Part shown: piece by piece, positions 1 through 11,983 of the stretch | How the letters are laid out: the number at the start of each line of letters is the position of its first letter | How positions within the stretch are numbered: the stretch's first letter is position 1 | Assembly (NCBI GenBank): GCA_964016885.1 | Contig: OZ024740.1 | Coordinates: 418,934,001 to 418,998,000 of the forward strand | Length of the DNA: 64,000 nt | Direction: 5' to 3' | Source: Eledone cirrhosa | Lineage: Eukaryota | The notes under the pieces: model-generated | What the model was told of the DNA's origin: nothing | Database searches by the model: none | Seen by the model: the letters and a program-made list of their open reading frames with translations, nothing else | Made by a program: the position numbers and the translations under genes

Positions 1-99
1 AAGGGGGTGGTGTGTATGGGGTGGGGGTAGTGGGACAGGGGTGTATTTTTGTTAGAGGTGCCTACTGACTGTAGGTTTCGTTTTGTACTTAGGCAAGGC
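1..99 (-). mobile_element. RTE-clade LINE 3' region fragment
   Basis: Matches 1620-1716 and 30670-30766 (gaggtgcctactgactgtaggtttc...ttgtac.taggcaaggcg), which directly adjoin RTE ORF C-termini. Confidence 0.6.
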
Positions 100-120
100 G
101 TATATATATATATATATATA

Positions 121-317
121 TAACAAAGGAAATGTGGTAAGGAACCAGGTGGACCATAATACACCAAAGTACTCAATACTTAGGGTAGTAGAGTGGGTAA
201 TAGGAATGAGTAGGACCCTGATGGCTGAGCTCAAGCCGTTTCGACGGCTAATTCTGTGTCCAGAATTAGCCGTCGAAACGGCTTGAGCTCAACCGTCGGG
301 GTCCTACTCGTTCCTAT
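121..317 (-). mobile_element. Penelope-like element relic with inverted pseudo-LTR (57-bp-arm hairpin) in (TA)n
   Basis: Arms 200-256 and 261-317 are near-perfect reverse complements. Contains GAAA-CGG..TTGAGCTCAA..CCG-TC, a hammerhead 3' half with a palindromic loop. Flanked by (TA)n; homologous to 25547-25797. Confidence 0.55.
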
Positions 318-321
318 ATAT

Positions 322-590
322 ATCATCATCATCATCATCATCATCACCGTTTTACGTCCGTTCTTCCACGCTAGCATGGGTTAGACGGGTTGTCCTGTTG
401 TGGGCAGTGTCTGGTCGGCTGACCATGCCTTGCTCATACAGGAACTGATCTGGCTTGATTTCTACAGCTGGATGCCCTTCCTAACACCAACCTCATTTAC
501 AGTGAGTGCTGGGTGCTTTTTCGTGGCGCCTACACGTCCACTTTACAGTGTGGGCTGGGTGCTTTTTTGCCGTGGCACCTCCACGACCAC
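322..590 (-). mobile_element. RTE-type 3' tail / RTE-derived SINE ending in (ATG)n
   Basis: The motif (cat)n-cgttt.acgtcc..ttccacgctagcatgggttagacgg recurs at 1331, 9870 (opposite strand), 28740 and 30400. Confidence 0.65.
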
Positions 591-629
591 CTTGCGGTGG
601 GGGGGGGGGAGGCATATTGTTTATATGCT

Positions 630-1190
630 TCAGCATGTACCCATGGGAGGTCGGGTACCCTGTATTACTGCGTGACGCCAGAAGTCACGGTCGTGTGTCA
701 TTGACTTTGAGAGGTGTAGTTGGGTAAGGTCGGCTTTTATCACCTCATCCCAAGTCATCTTGGGTCTCCCCACTCCGCGGTTTCCATCAACTTCTAGTGC
801 TCTGCACCTTTTTATGCAGCTGTCATCCTTCATACGCATCACATGTCCATACCAGCGTAACCGCCTCTCCTGCACGCAGCATTTGATTCCTCTTATGCTC
901 AGTCTCTCTCTCAATTCATTTATGCTTTGTCGTTCACGTATATTACTGTTACACATCCATCGGAGCATGCAGGCTTCGTTTCTCTCTAATCTACGTAAGT
1001 CTTCCACCTTCAGCGCCCAGGTCTCACTACCATGCAACATCGCTGTTCGGATACACGCATCATACAGTCTGCCTTTCATTCTGAGGGAGAAGCCTTTTGC
1101 AGCTAGCAGTGGTAGTAGTTCCCTAAACTTCTTCCATCCCGTTCTTACCCTAGTTATTGTACTTTCTGAGCACCCACCTCCGTTGCTAAT
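630..1190 (-). pseudogene. RTE-clade LINE reverse transcriptase, C-terminal fragment
   Basis: ORF 630..1079 has RTE hallmarks: KGRLYDACIRTAMLHGSETW, RRLRWYGHVMRM, GRPKMTW, DRDFWR. 5'-truncated at (TA)n. Confidence 0.85.
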
Positions 1191-1192
1191 TC

Positions 1193-1239
<47 letters not shown>

Positions 1240-1330
1240 TAATGAAAATTATTATGTACAGTGCTTAGGTGCATATATATATATATATATATATATATGC
1301 ACCTAAGCATATATACATATATATATATAT

Positions 1331-1795
1331 ATCATCATTATCATCATCTTCGTTTAACGTCCATTTTCCACGCTAGCATGGGTTAGACGGGAGTTGTCCC
1401 ACTTGAGGCAAGGCTGGTCGGGTGACCGTGTCTCGCTCATATAGGACTATCTGGCAGGTTTTCTACGGCTGGATGCCCTTCCTAACACCAATCACATTTA
1501 CAGTGTGGAACTGGGAACTTTTTACCGTGTTACCTACACGGCCACATTACAGCGTGGTCTGTGTGTGTTTCTTGTTGTGACATCTACACGATCTCGATCT
1601 CATTTTCTCGTGCTGTTGGTGGGAGTGGGAGGATAGGGTAGGGGTAGTGGATTGGGGCGTATATTTGGTTAAGAGGTGCCTACTGACTGTAGGTTTCACT
1701 TTGTACATAGGCAAGGCGGGTCTTCAGTATTACTGCGTAGCGCCAAAGATCTCGGTCCAGAGACATTGTCTTAGAGAGGTGCAAGTGGGTGAGGT

Positions 1796-1797
<2 letters not shown>
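1331..1797 (-). mobile_element. RTE LINE 3' end (ORF tail, 3'UTR and (ATG)n tail)
   Basis: Encodes LTHLHLSKTMSLDRDLWRYAV; highly similar to 30386-30845. Confidence 0.8.
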
Positions 1798-1846
<49 letters not shown>

Positions 1847-2156
1847 TATACATATATAGTATGATAAACGCACCCAGTACACTCTGTAAAATGGTCAATA
1901 ATAGGAAGGAAATTTAGATGTAGAAAACCTGCCAAACAAAAGGTAGGAAGGTTCTTTAGATGTATCAAAGATATGCCAATCTGCCTAGTGTTGGTGCCAT
2001 TATAAAATATACTTGGTAGAGTGTAAGAACCTATATGGGCCAGATGCAGCCCCCTGGCCCTTCAGGTGGGGGAGGGTCAGTAGTTCTGCTCAAGTACTGA
2101 CTCAGTCTGTGACGATCTGTCCAATCCTACCTAACAGAGAATCCGGATGTTAAAGT

Positions 2157-2188
2157 AGGATGATGATGATGATGATGTATGTATGCAT

Positions 2189-2219
<31 letters not shown>

Positions 2220-2220
2220 C

Positions 2221-2303
<83 letters not shown>

Positions 2304-2427
2304 TATATACACACATATATATATATACCTATATATACATATATATACATATATAAATATTCATCTATTCTTCAGTATATATTGTCATCATCATCATCAT
2401 CATCTGTTTTACCTGCCAGCAAGGGTC

Positions 2428-2472
<45 letters not shown>

Positions 2473-2647
2473 GCACACATACACATATATGCATATATAT
2501 ACATGTATGTGTGTGACCATTTGTGTATAAATATGCATCTGTATACATATACATATAATATATGTATATATGTATATACGTATCTTGTATTGGTTTTCAC
2601 CCATGCTAGGGCACCACCTTAATGCATATGAGTGCTTGAGTGCTTTG

Positions 2648-2699
<52 letters not shown>

Positions 2700-2744
2700 C
2701 ACAAAAAAAAAATACATAGAAATGTATAAGCATATGTATATATA

Positions 2745-2791
<47 letters not shown>

Positions 2792-2809
2792 GTAGAGAGG
2801 AAGATAGAT

Positions 2810-2884
<75 letters not shown>

Positions 2885-2925
2885 TGGGTAGGTAGGTAGT
2901 TGGATGGATAGATAGATAGATAATT
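2157..2925. repeat. Compound microsatellite block (ATG, TA, CA, GA, GATA)
   Basis: Directly visible in the sequence. Confidence 0.95.
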
Positions 2926-3997
2926 AGATTTCATATTTATTTGTATCTATGGATTATATGTTTATAGCTTCATAGTTTATTCAAATAATGTGCAGAACTT
3001 TCACAGGGACAATATTCTCCAAGAATTTATCTGCAATACACAATATCTTCCAAATACAGACGATGCATTAATACTAACAACCAAGCATCAAATTTGTGTG
3101 GGTGTAAAATGGTTGATAATAATATATAAAGTTGGAACCTGAAGAATTGAGCAGCTACTTTTCTTTTATAAGTTCAGCTAAGTACAGTTCTTTAGCATTG
3201 CATATATATATGTTTTCAACATACGGAAGGAATTAAGAGTTTTATGGAAAAAAAAATGAATTGCTTACCTGTCATGTGCATGGTGCTGTTGTGTAGTTGG
3301 TGTCGTTCCCCGTTTAGTGATCTGAAGACCGATGTGAATTAATAAATGTGATGAAGAGTGAGAGCGAGTGAGAGAGAGAGACTGGGAGTGAGAGTGATAG
3401 AGAGAGAGAGTGCGGCTGGGAGTGAGTGAGAATGAGAGAGACAGAGAGAGAAAGAGAGAGAGAGAGAGAGTATGTGTTGTTACTACTGATGCTGACAATG
3501 AGGCTGCTCTTGATAGTGGTGGAATTATTATGTAGCAGGTTTTACAAGCAACAGATCTATGTATATGTAATAATATCAATTGGCTATTGTGTTGTGTGAT
3601 GTGATAGTTTCATATGTATACCTCTGTGCAGAACTATTAACATTTTCGACAGAATGCAGACAATGATGGAAGAAAAAAAGATTTACTTTGAGCTTATATG
3701 TTGTTGAAAAAATTTGCTTACTACCAGCCAGCCAGCCAGCCAGCAACAAGCTTGGAGCACTGACAATTGGATTTGTAAGTGAGGAAATCAATAACAGTAT
3801 CAGCAGCAGTGGCAGCAGGGGCAGCTTCAGCATCAGTTGTAGAACTGAAGTAACAGCAGTAGCATTAAAACAACAACAAGAACAGCAGCAGGCAGAGACA
3901 GCAGCAATAAAAACAAACAAAAAACAATAAAACTAAGAGCAAGTGCAAAGTGAAAAAGTATTACCAAATATTCAAAGAAATAACTTTTTTTAATATA

Positions 3998-4730
3998 TAA
4001 ATAATTGTTTCTACTTTTGGCACAAGGCCAGCAATTTTCCCAGTGTATTACTGGTACTTTATTTTATCGACCCCGTAAGGAAGAAAGGCAAAGTTAACCT
4101 CAGTGGGATTTGAACTCAGAATGGCAAGGGCCGTAACTCTATGCGTCAAAGCATGGCGTCCGACCTTCTACTAATACTGCCAATCCACCCTATATATAAA
4201 TGATTTCTGATTTAAGCACAAGGCCAACAATTTTAAGGGATTAAATTGACCCCAGCGCATGACAGATACTTTATTTTATTGAACCTATAAGGATGAAAGG
4301 CAAAACTAACCTTACCTGGATTTGAACTCAGAGCGTAAAGGGACGTAACTCTATGCCGCAAAGCATGGTTTCTGACGCTCTACTGATACTGCCAATTTAA
4401 ATAATTGTTTCTACTTTAGGCACAAGGCCAGCAATTACCCAGTGCATCACTGGTACTTTATTTTATCGACCCCGTAAGGATGAAAGGCAAAGTCAACCTC
4501 GGCGGAATAGTTTCTGATTTAGGCACAAGGCCAGCAATGTTTTGGGGAGAGGGGATACTTGATTAAATCGTCCCCCAGTGTATTACTGGTACTTTATTTT
4601 ATCAACCGTGTAAAGATGAAAGACAAAGTTAACATCAGCAGGATTTGAACTCAGAACGTAAAGAGCCATAACTCTGTGCCGTTAAGCATGTTGGTCAACG
4701 CTCTACTGATTCTGCCAATCCCCCACTCTT
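3998..4730 (-). mobile_element. Head-to-tail cluster of about 4 tRNA-derived SINE copies
   Basis: Repeated aggcacaaggccagcaatt...ctggtactttattttatcgaccc.taaggatgaaaggcaaagt...ggatttgaactcaga. The reverse complement carries B-box GAGTTCAAATCC and A-box-like TGGCAGNATCAGTAG. Confidence 0.8.
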
Positions 4731-4979
4731 CTAATATTTTAAATAATATTAACTGAACTAACTGATATGTTCACATTTTGTTAAAATTATGAAAAGAAAT
4801 GTAATAATTAGCTGACAATTAACTAATTATACACTGTTGTTTCATCTCTATCAATTATAGTCTGGGAACATAATTTCTGTTGTTTGTGTTGTTTTTGTTT
4901 TTTCAATTATCCCAGTATTAAGAATAAAGCAACAGTGAAAAAATTGCAATGTTACAGTATATATTTTAATACACTTAAA

Positions 4980-5670
4980 CATTGTGTATACATTGTCACT
5001 CTCTCAGACATTGTGTATACATTGTCACTCTCTCAGACATTGTGTATACGTAGCCACTCTCTCAGACATTGTGTATACATTGTCACTCTCTCAGACATTG
5101 TGTATACGTAGCCACTCTCTCAGACATTGTGTATACGTAGCCACTCTCTCAGACATTGTGTATACATTGCCACTCTCTCAGACATTGTGTATACGTAGCC
5201 ACTCTCTCAGACATTGTGTATACGTAGCCACTCTCTCAGACATTGTGTATACATAGCCACTCTCTCAGACATTGTGTATACGTAGCCACTCTCTCAGACA
5301 TTGTGTATACATTACCACTCTCTCAAACATTGTGCATACATTGCCACTCTCTCAGACATTGTGTATACGTAGCCACTCTCTCAGACATTGTGTATACGTA
5401 GCCACTCTCTCAAACATTGTGTATACATTGCCACTCTCTCAGACAGTGTGTATACGTAACCACTCTCTCAGACATTGTGTATACATAACCACTCTCTCAG
5501 ACATTGTGTATACATAACCACTCTCTCAGACATTGTGTATACATTGCCACTCTCTCAGACAGTGTGTATACGTAACCACTCTCTCAGACATTGTGTATAC
5601 ATAACCACTCTCTCAGACATTGTGTATACATAGCCACTCTCTCAGACATTGTGTATACGTAGCCACTCTC
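4980..5670. repeat. 29-bp minisatellite (cattgtgtatacgtagccactctctcaga), about 24 units
   Basis: Period 29 is visible (4981 to 5010). Confidence 0.95.
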
Positions 5671-5830
5671 AGGCTCTTACAAAGTGCTGAGAAGATAAAG
5701 TTAATATCAAGAACGATGTGTTCATGTGTGGAGATGCTATGAAATAGCTTATAAAATAGGGTGAAGACCGTTAAAAGATGAGAAAAGATGTTGACATCGG
5801 CTGCTATGAGGAACCTCATCCCTCCCAGAT
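5671..5830 (-). mobile_element. Dispersed SINE-like element whose 3' part seeds the 29-bp minisatellite
   Basis: Colinear with 35340-35520, where one unit-like sequence is followed by the same cttacaaagtg.tgagaa.ataaa.ttaatat..agaa..gtgt..tcatgtgtggag. Confidence 0.6.
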
Positions 5831-5992
5831 ACCTCCACATAGTGGCCGATGACAACTTTTTCTGTCTTTTAAGGGTCTCACCCAATTTAATAAGCTATAT
5901 TATAGCATCTCCTCGCATGAACACATCATTCAAAGTTCAAATAACAGGGAGCCAAATATTGCCTTTCATCACTCTGGAGGTCAGTGTTAGTA

Positions 5993-6215
5993 AGTGGAGG
6001 GGATTGGCATAATTGGTAGAGTGTCTCAGATAAAATATGGTGTTTGTTCTGGCTCTTTACATTCTGAGTTCAAATCCTGCCATGGTTAACTTTGTCTTTC
6101 ATCCTTCTGGGGTTGTGGAGAGGGGTGTCAATAAAATAAAATACCAATCAAGTACTGGGTTGATATAAGCAGCTTTACCCTTCTCCCAAAATTTGCTGAC
6201 CTGAATACATTAAAA
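5993..6215 (+). mobile_element. tRNA-derived SINE (same family as 3998-4730)
   Basis: tggcataattggtag (A-box-like), gagttcaaatcc (B-box), ctttcatcct core. Confidence 0.7.
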
Positions 6216-6289
6216 ACAGAAGAAATGTTACTTCAAGAATTGGAGCCCAATTGTACTGGGGGAAGAAAAAAGAAAATGAAAAGGAGAAA

Positions 6290-6480
6290 AAGAAAGAAGG
6301 ATCAAGCAATGAAAGAAAAGGAGAAGGAGAGGGACAGATACTATACCCCAGTCTGAGTGGTGCCACAGCTGAGTCCCGTGGACAAAACGGCAAAAGGGTT
6401 ACTATGGAGAATGGCCAGAAACAACCACTGCAACAGCCACCCCACCTCACGAAGGTCCCTCCTCAACTTTGCAGAGGAAA
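6290..6480 (+). repeat. Unclassified dispersed repeat (copies at 8730-8990 and 12045-12125 on the minus strand)
   Basis: Shared ccccagt.tga...tgcc.ca.c, ggacaaaa.ggcaaa...gttact..agagaatggccaga.aca.cc.ctgcaacagcca. Confidence 0.6.
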
Positions 6481-6861
6481 TCGGCAGTGCAGGGACCAAG
6501 GATACCAAAAGTCTTAACAGAGACTGGTGCAAAGAGGAAGCTGTCAGTCAGGTCCTGATATGGAAGTTATCATCATCACCATCATCATCATCATTTTTAC
6601 ATCTGTTTTTCCATGCTTGCATGGATTGAACGGGCCCTTCTCAACATGGCATGTCAAAACTAATTCACCTATTGTTAGCTATGACATGCTTTATATTTTT
6701 CCTATAAATTCTGTTATTAAAAGCAGGAAAGGAATATTAACTATGAAAATCATAGCGACATCTTTGTTGGAAGCTGGTTTACACAAAACTGACCTTGATC
6801 CTGTCATTGAATAATAATCACAACTATATAATTATTGGGAGTTCAATAATATAGAACAACA

Positions 6862-6980
6862 AAGAAGAAAAAAGAAAAAAGAAAAAAGAAAAAAGAAAAA
6901 AGAAAAAAGAAAAAAGAAAAAAGAAAAAAGAAAAAAGAAAAAAGAAAAAAGAAAAAAGAAAAAGAAAAAGAAAAAAGAAA
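6862..6980. repeat. (GAAAAAA)n heptamer microsatellite
   Basis: Directly visible in the sequence. Confidence 0.9.
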
Positions 6981-7756
6981 TAAAATCTACAAAGAAATGT
7001 ATTTTTTATGGAAATGAATAAATAATGCAAAAAAGGAGGTTAGCTTTATTAATTATCCAACACCTACCAATGACTTTATTTCATCTATTTATCTGGTATC
7101 ACACTGTTCAATAAATATTTTATTATTTTATTTGGTTTGATTCGATATTTTCATGTGAAATATTTATATAATTAAGTATTGTATATGTGGAAGATGGATG
7201 TTAAACAAAGATGATGATGATGATTATTTGCATGTATATTTTTATTCTGTAAGAATAATAAATAATTTCCGATGTTATTTATACAATTGTGAAAAGGAAC
7301 ATCCTGCTTTGTACTCTCAGGACTCAAATAACAAGGGGTGGGGGTGGGGGATAATGGGGGGGGGGCAGTAATTGTTCTATGTTGTCTCTGTTGATATTTT
7401 TAAAAACCAGAATTAGTTGTTTAGTTTACATATAGAGTCCCCAACCCAACCTATTATTTTATAACATATGGGGTTTCTAGTAATGTACTTTTTTGTCATG
7501 TATAATGTTTTTAATGTCTAAAGAAAATTAATTGTTGCAGGAATGCTGTCACTTAAAATAAAATTTCGCTGGAGATAAATTAGCAAAATTTAATAATTAG
7601 GGGGCGGGGGGTTAGAGTTGGGGACAATATTATTTGAGACCCGAAAGTACCTAATTTTAGAATTGGAGACATTACCCTGCTTCTGTGTTTTTTAAGGAAT
7701 AATGTTGTTTTCATCAAGATTTACTTGTCTTTTAACCATTGTTATAACTAAATTTA

Positions 7757-7870
7757 TGTGGCTGAGTGGTTAGAAAATTGGATTCACAATCTTGAGGTTA
7801 TGAGTTCGATTCCTGGACCAGGCGATGCGTTATGTCTTTGAGCGAGACACTTTATTTCACGTTGCTCCTT
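7757..7870 (+). mobile_element. tRNA-derived SINE head (family of 14922-15245)
   Basis: A-box tggctgagtggttag, B-box gagttcgattcc, then ttgagcgagacactttatttcacgttgctcc. Confidence 0.7.
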
Positions 7871-7989
7871 CTACCTGGAGTTGCGACCGATAGATAGTAT
7901 TAGCAACTGGAAAGACCAATGGAAACATTATTTCCTCGGTCTGATTTGACGAAAGTCGATCGTTCCTTTTATAACTGAATTTTGAAAGC

Positions 7990-8205
7990 ATGTTAGCTTA
8001 TAGTAAGCTGATCCAATGCAGGTTTTTGACTATGAAAAATAGTCAAACAAGCTGCACATATAAAACCCTAAAAATGGAGAAATGGAGACAGTATTGTCTT
8101 GCCAACCTTTTTTTTTTTTTTCATCTTTAGGGGTTTATATTCCCAGCTTTTTGGACTGTTTTTTAAAGTGAAAAACCTGCATTGGAGCAGCTTATAAGCT
8201 AACAT
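7990..8205. mobile_element. Palindromic MITE-like element with about 85-bp imperfect terminal inverted repeats
   Basis: atgttagcttata..agctg.tccaatgcaggttttt pairs with aaaaacctgcattggagcagcttataagctaacat. Confidence 0.7.
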
Positions 8206-8206
8206 A

Positions 8207-8365
8207 TAGGTGGTGAATTGGCAGAGTCATTAGAAGATCGGAGAGAATATCATGTGGTATTCTTTTCAGCTCTCTGCTGTCTGAGTTCAAATTCCACTGA
8301 GGTCAACTTTGGCTTTCATCCATGCAAGGTCAATAAAAAAACACCAGTCAAATACAGGGATCAAT
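8207..8365 (+). mobile_element. tRNA-derived SINE
   Basis: ggtgaattggcagagtcattag...gagttcaaattcc...gaggtcaactttggctttcatcc. Confidence 0.7.
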
Positions 8366-8526
8366 TCTTCCTCTATATGTCTTTCTCACTCTCTGGAAGA
8401 AATCTGCTGCATTCGGACCTGGAGAGGATTAGGCTTGGACAGGTTTTAAAATGCCCTAGAAATACTGTATATCAATACAACACCCCAATGACCCCTTGGT
8501 AGTTATCGGGCCAGAATTCACTCAAT

Positions 8527-8642
8527 CATCATCATCATCATCATCATCATTTTACGTCCGCTTTTCACTCCTTGCAAGGATGGGATGGGTCCTATTCAGC
8601 ACAGCATCTCTCCACTTGTCACAGTCCTTCGTCATCTCCATC
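8527..8642 (-). mobile_element. RTE LINE (second subfamily) extreme 3' end
   Basis: Reverse complement of 35695-35830 ([14 protein letters not shown] plus (ATG)n tail). Confidence 0.75.
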
Positions 8643-9032
8643 AATCATTCATAAATATGATTTATTCTTTATTATTATAAAATCTAACAGTTGATTAGTT
8701 AAAATCTTTAGAGTGTTGTACAAAAGCAACCCACTTGAGGAGGGAGCCTGGTGCGGTGGGGTTGGCTGTTGTAGCGGGTGTCTCTGGCCATTCTCTATAG
8801 TAGAATTGCCTGTTAGAGGAGGAAGCCCTATGAGATGGGGGTGGCTGTTGCAGGGGATGTCTCTGGCTATTCTCTGTAGTAACGCCTTTGCCATTTTGTC
8901 CTTGGGGTATGGATGAGGCACTGATCAAACTGGGGCGCAGTGTCTTTCCCTCACTCTGTCCTTCCTCCTCTCTTTCGTTGATTGATTTTTTTTCCTTTTC
9001 TTCTTTACATTTCCTTCTTTTTTTTGTTCCCT

Positions 9033-9239
9033 TTAACTCTTTTGCATTTACATTACTCTATATTTTCTATGGTATTTTCATGGTAAACACTTTATTTCAC
9101 ATAATATCAAATCTACGAGTATTTGATATTATTTATTTTGAGAACAATACCTTAACATAAGTATGAACAGCCAGTTTTGAACAGAAAGAGGTGAGAGAAT
9201 TCTGGTTGGATACAGCTGGTTTAAATGCTAATGGGTTAA
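9033..9239 (-). mobile_element. piggyBac-like MITE
   Basis: TTAA at both ends, short TIR (..taaatgctaatggg-TTAA); homologous to 15435-15660. Confidence 0.65.
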
Positions 9240-9689
9240 TAGTGTCTTGTTTTCATTTAAAATGAAATAATGTTTAAATGATTTGTAGTATTTGTTTTCA
9301 ATTCCTTCTGAAATCAATTTTGCTTTTCATCTGCTGAGGGTAGGGTTGATAAAATGACAAACTAGTCAGATACTGGGTAGGATCAATTTAATTGATTGTC
9401 CTTTCTGAAAATGTAAAGCTTTCTGACAATATCAGAAATCATTATAACATCTATAACATTTTGCATAAATTTAGAGTAAACCAGACCACCTGTGACCCAT
9501 TGGGTCACTTCAAAATATTTTTTAAAATCACGTTCACTTTAAAATAACTTTTAAATAATTGAAATATACACAAACATGTATATAATGTGAAATGAAACTG
9601 GAAGGCCCATATATATATATATACATGAGTGTATATACATGTATAAAGGTGTGTGTGTGTGTATACATATATTATATATATTATATATA

Positions 9690-9932
9690 TGTGAAGCACC
9701 CAGCCCACACTGTAAAGGGGACATGCAGGCGCCACGGAATAAAGGCACCCAGCACTCAAATGAGGTTGGTGTTAGGAAAGGTTTCCAGCTGTAGAAATCA
9801 AGCCAGAATCAGTTCCTGTATGAGCAAGACAACGTCAGTTGACTGGACACTGCCCACAACAGGACAACCCGTCTAACACATGCTAGCGTGGAAGAACAGA
9901 TGTAAAACGGTGATGATGATGATGATGATGAT
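9690..9932 (+). mobile_element. RTE-type 3' tail / RTE-derived SINE
   Basis: Reverse complement of 322-570, ending in (GAT)n. Confidence 0.65.
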
Positions 9933-9966
9933 ATGGGTGTCTTTGATCTATATACACTGGTCATAG

Positions 9967-9999
<33 letters not shown>

Positions 10000-10379
10000 T
10001 ATACAACACCACCAGCTCTCTCTCTTGCATTCTTCTTCTCTGTCTCTTCTCCCTCTCTCTATGTCTCTCTTTCAATCTATTCTCTCACAAACACTATCTC
10101 TTTCTTTCTATATCTCTCTCTCTATTTATGAAGGTACCCAGAAAACCCCCATATCTCGGGAACCCGTACTTCGATTTATGCGGAACTTGTTTTATTCCAT
10201 TTGTATTCCCATTTCAGGGTCAACTTCCTTTCAAAGTATTTTCCCATTATGCACTGTTTTGGCTGTATTACATTACAGACAAGCAAGCAAGCAATCACAG
10301 AGTTTTAGTAGTATATAGATAGATAGATAGTAAATACATTAAGCAAAAATTTGATTGTTTTATATTTTGTAGATAAATA

Positions 10380-11983
10380 TCTTTCTTTATTTGCCACAGG
10401 GCATACAAAAATGGGACATTACAAGACGTGATGGCGGGGGGTTTTACATAAAAATCATATAACTTTAACATTAATAAATAACAATAAACTATATATAATA
10501 AAATAACAATTGAAATCCCCAATAGGGGGGGACATTACTGCAGGGTTGTTTTACACCCCATAGATAGAACAACCCTCAACACCAGGAACACGTTTTGTAG
10601 GTGTTCCTGTCTTCCCTCTGTTTATCTTCCTCAACTGTAAATGAGGTTGGTGTTAGGAGAAGGCCCATTCACTTGGGCCATTTCCACCACATTCACCCAC
10701 CTTTCACCGAATTTACTGGAGTGTAGCATCTCTCTCTCCACTCTCACCTTCCTTCTGAAGTGGTACTTAAAGAAAGTTGTTGTCCAGAGAGAAAGGTGTT
10801 TGCCCTCAGTCCTTTTAACCTCGTCCACCATATTACCTCTTTCGCCATAGCCACCAGACAGAGGAAAACCGCCTCTCCTTCATTCTTAAATGAAGGCGGC
10901 GGGGTGATCCTCACGATGTACTCAGCTGACAACTGGATGCATCCCACACGTGACAGTAACTGTTCGACATAATTCCACAGGTCGGTCACCCCTGGGCACT
11001 GAACAATTGCGTGTAGAACGGTTTCGATGGCCTGCTTGCATCTTGGGCAGGTCCTTTTGGCAGGGCGTCCATGCCTGTAGATTTTGTCTCGAACTGGTAG
11101 AGCTCCTCAGTAACACTGCCAAGCCAGACACCTCTGGAAGTTATCCATAAGCTCTGGACGGAAAGTCCTCCCGAACAGATTGGTCAGTTCATCTTCCTTG
11201 ATGCCTAGAGTTTCATCGAGAACGTCATTGCACTTATCCTCCACTAATCCCCTATAGAATGTTGAAGTGGAGTCTCCGCTGATTGCCATTTACGCTTGGT
11301 AGAGGGCTGTGAGCGCCTGAATGCACTCGAGGTGCCAGGCACCCATTTTTGGTCTTCACTTTACCCAGGACTGCAGCTCTGTTAGTGAGACGAATACCTT
11401 ACCAAAATGGAACAGCCATGGCATGCCCAGCCCTCCGTTAGAAGAGTGTTGACAGCAGATGGATCTCCTCATCAATGGAGCCTGTTTCTTCCAGAGGAAC
11501 TTGAAGAGTAGGCGTTCCATTTTGGTAAGGTATTCGCGGGGACAGGGCATGACTGTCAAGCGGTAGTAGATGACGGACGCTATGTAAGTGTTCGCCACCT
11601 CTTCTCAACCTTTCAAGGAGAGCTTGCACTCAGCCCACTTCTGGGTGAGTGCAAACACCTTCGCCATGACCTCGTTCCAGTTCTTGTCCACCTGGAGGTC
11701 TGGACCAAACCAGACCCCGAGCAATTTCATCGGTCCTTCCATCCAGCGTCCAATGACACTGTCGGAAGCCATGGGTTTGCCTCTCCATGTGTCGAGTTGC
11801 AAACCGACAGATTAGGTTTAGTCTTGCTCCTGTCAACGTTTCGTATTCCTGTAATAGGTTGCCGATTACCCCGATTTCCGAGGTTTTCGACACCATTATG
11901 GTTATGTCATTGGCATAGGCCGGCGCTGCTTTCCGCAGTCCTGGTTCGATCAGGATGCCCTGCAACAGCTTCAACTTCCGCAG
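10380..11983 (-). mobile_element. 5'-truncated degenerate L1/Tx1-clade LINE (sister subfamily of 17588-23645)
   Basis: Frameshifted ORF pieces match ORF2 (AYANDIT for AYADDVT, LLGVWFGPDLQ, ANTYIASVIYYRL, MDNFQRCLAWQCY). AATAAAGAAA at the 3' end. Probable TSD ttgtagata(a/g)ata at 10367 and 11984. Confidence 0.9.

Noticed and set aside
2127-2934. YI-, SL- and MV-rich ORFs (also 13957-14358, 26165-26634, 29323-30261)
   Set aside because: These are translations of microsatellites and low-complexity tracts.
7757-7820. tRNA genes suggested by A/B boxes
   Set aside because: No cloverleaf is apparent, and the boxes are followed by shared SINE bodies.
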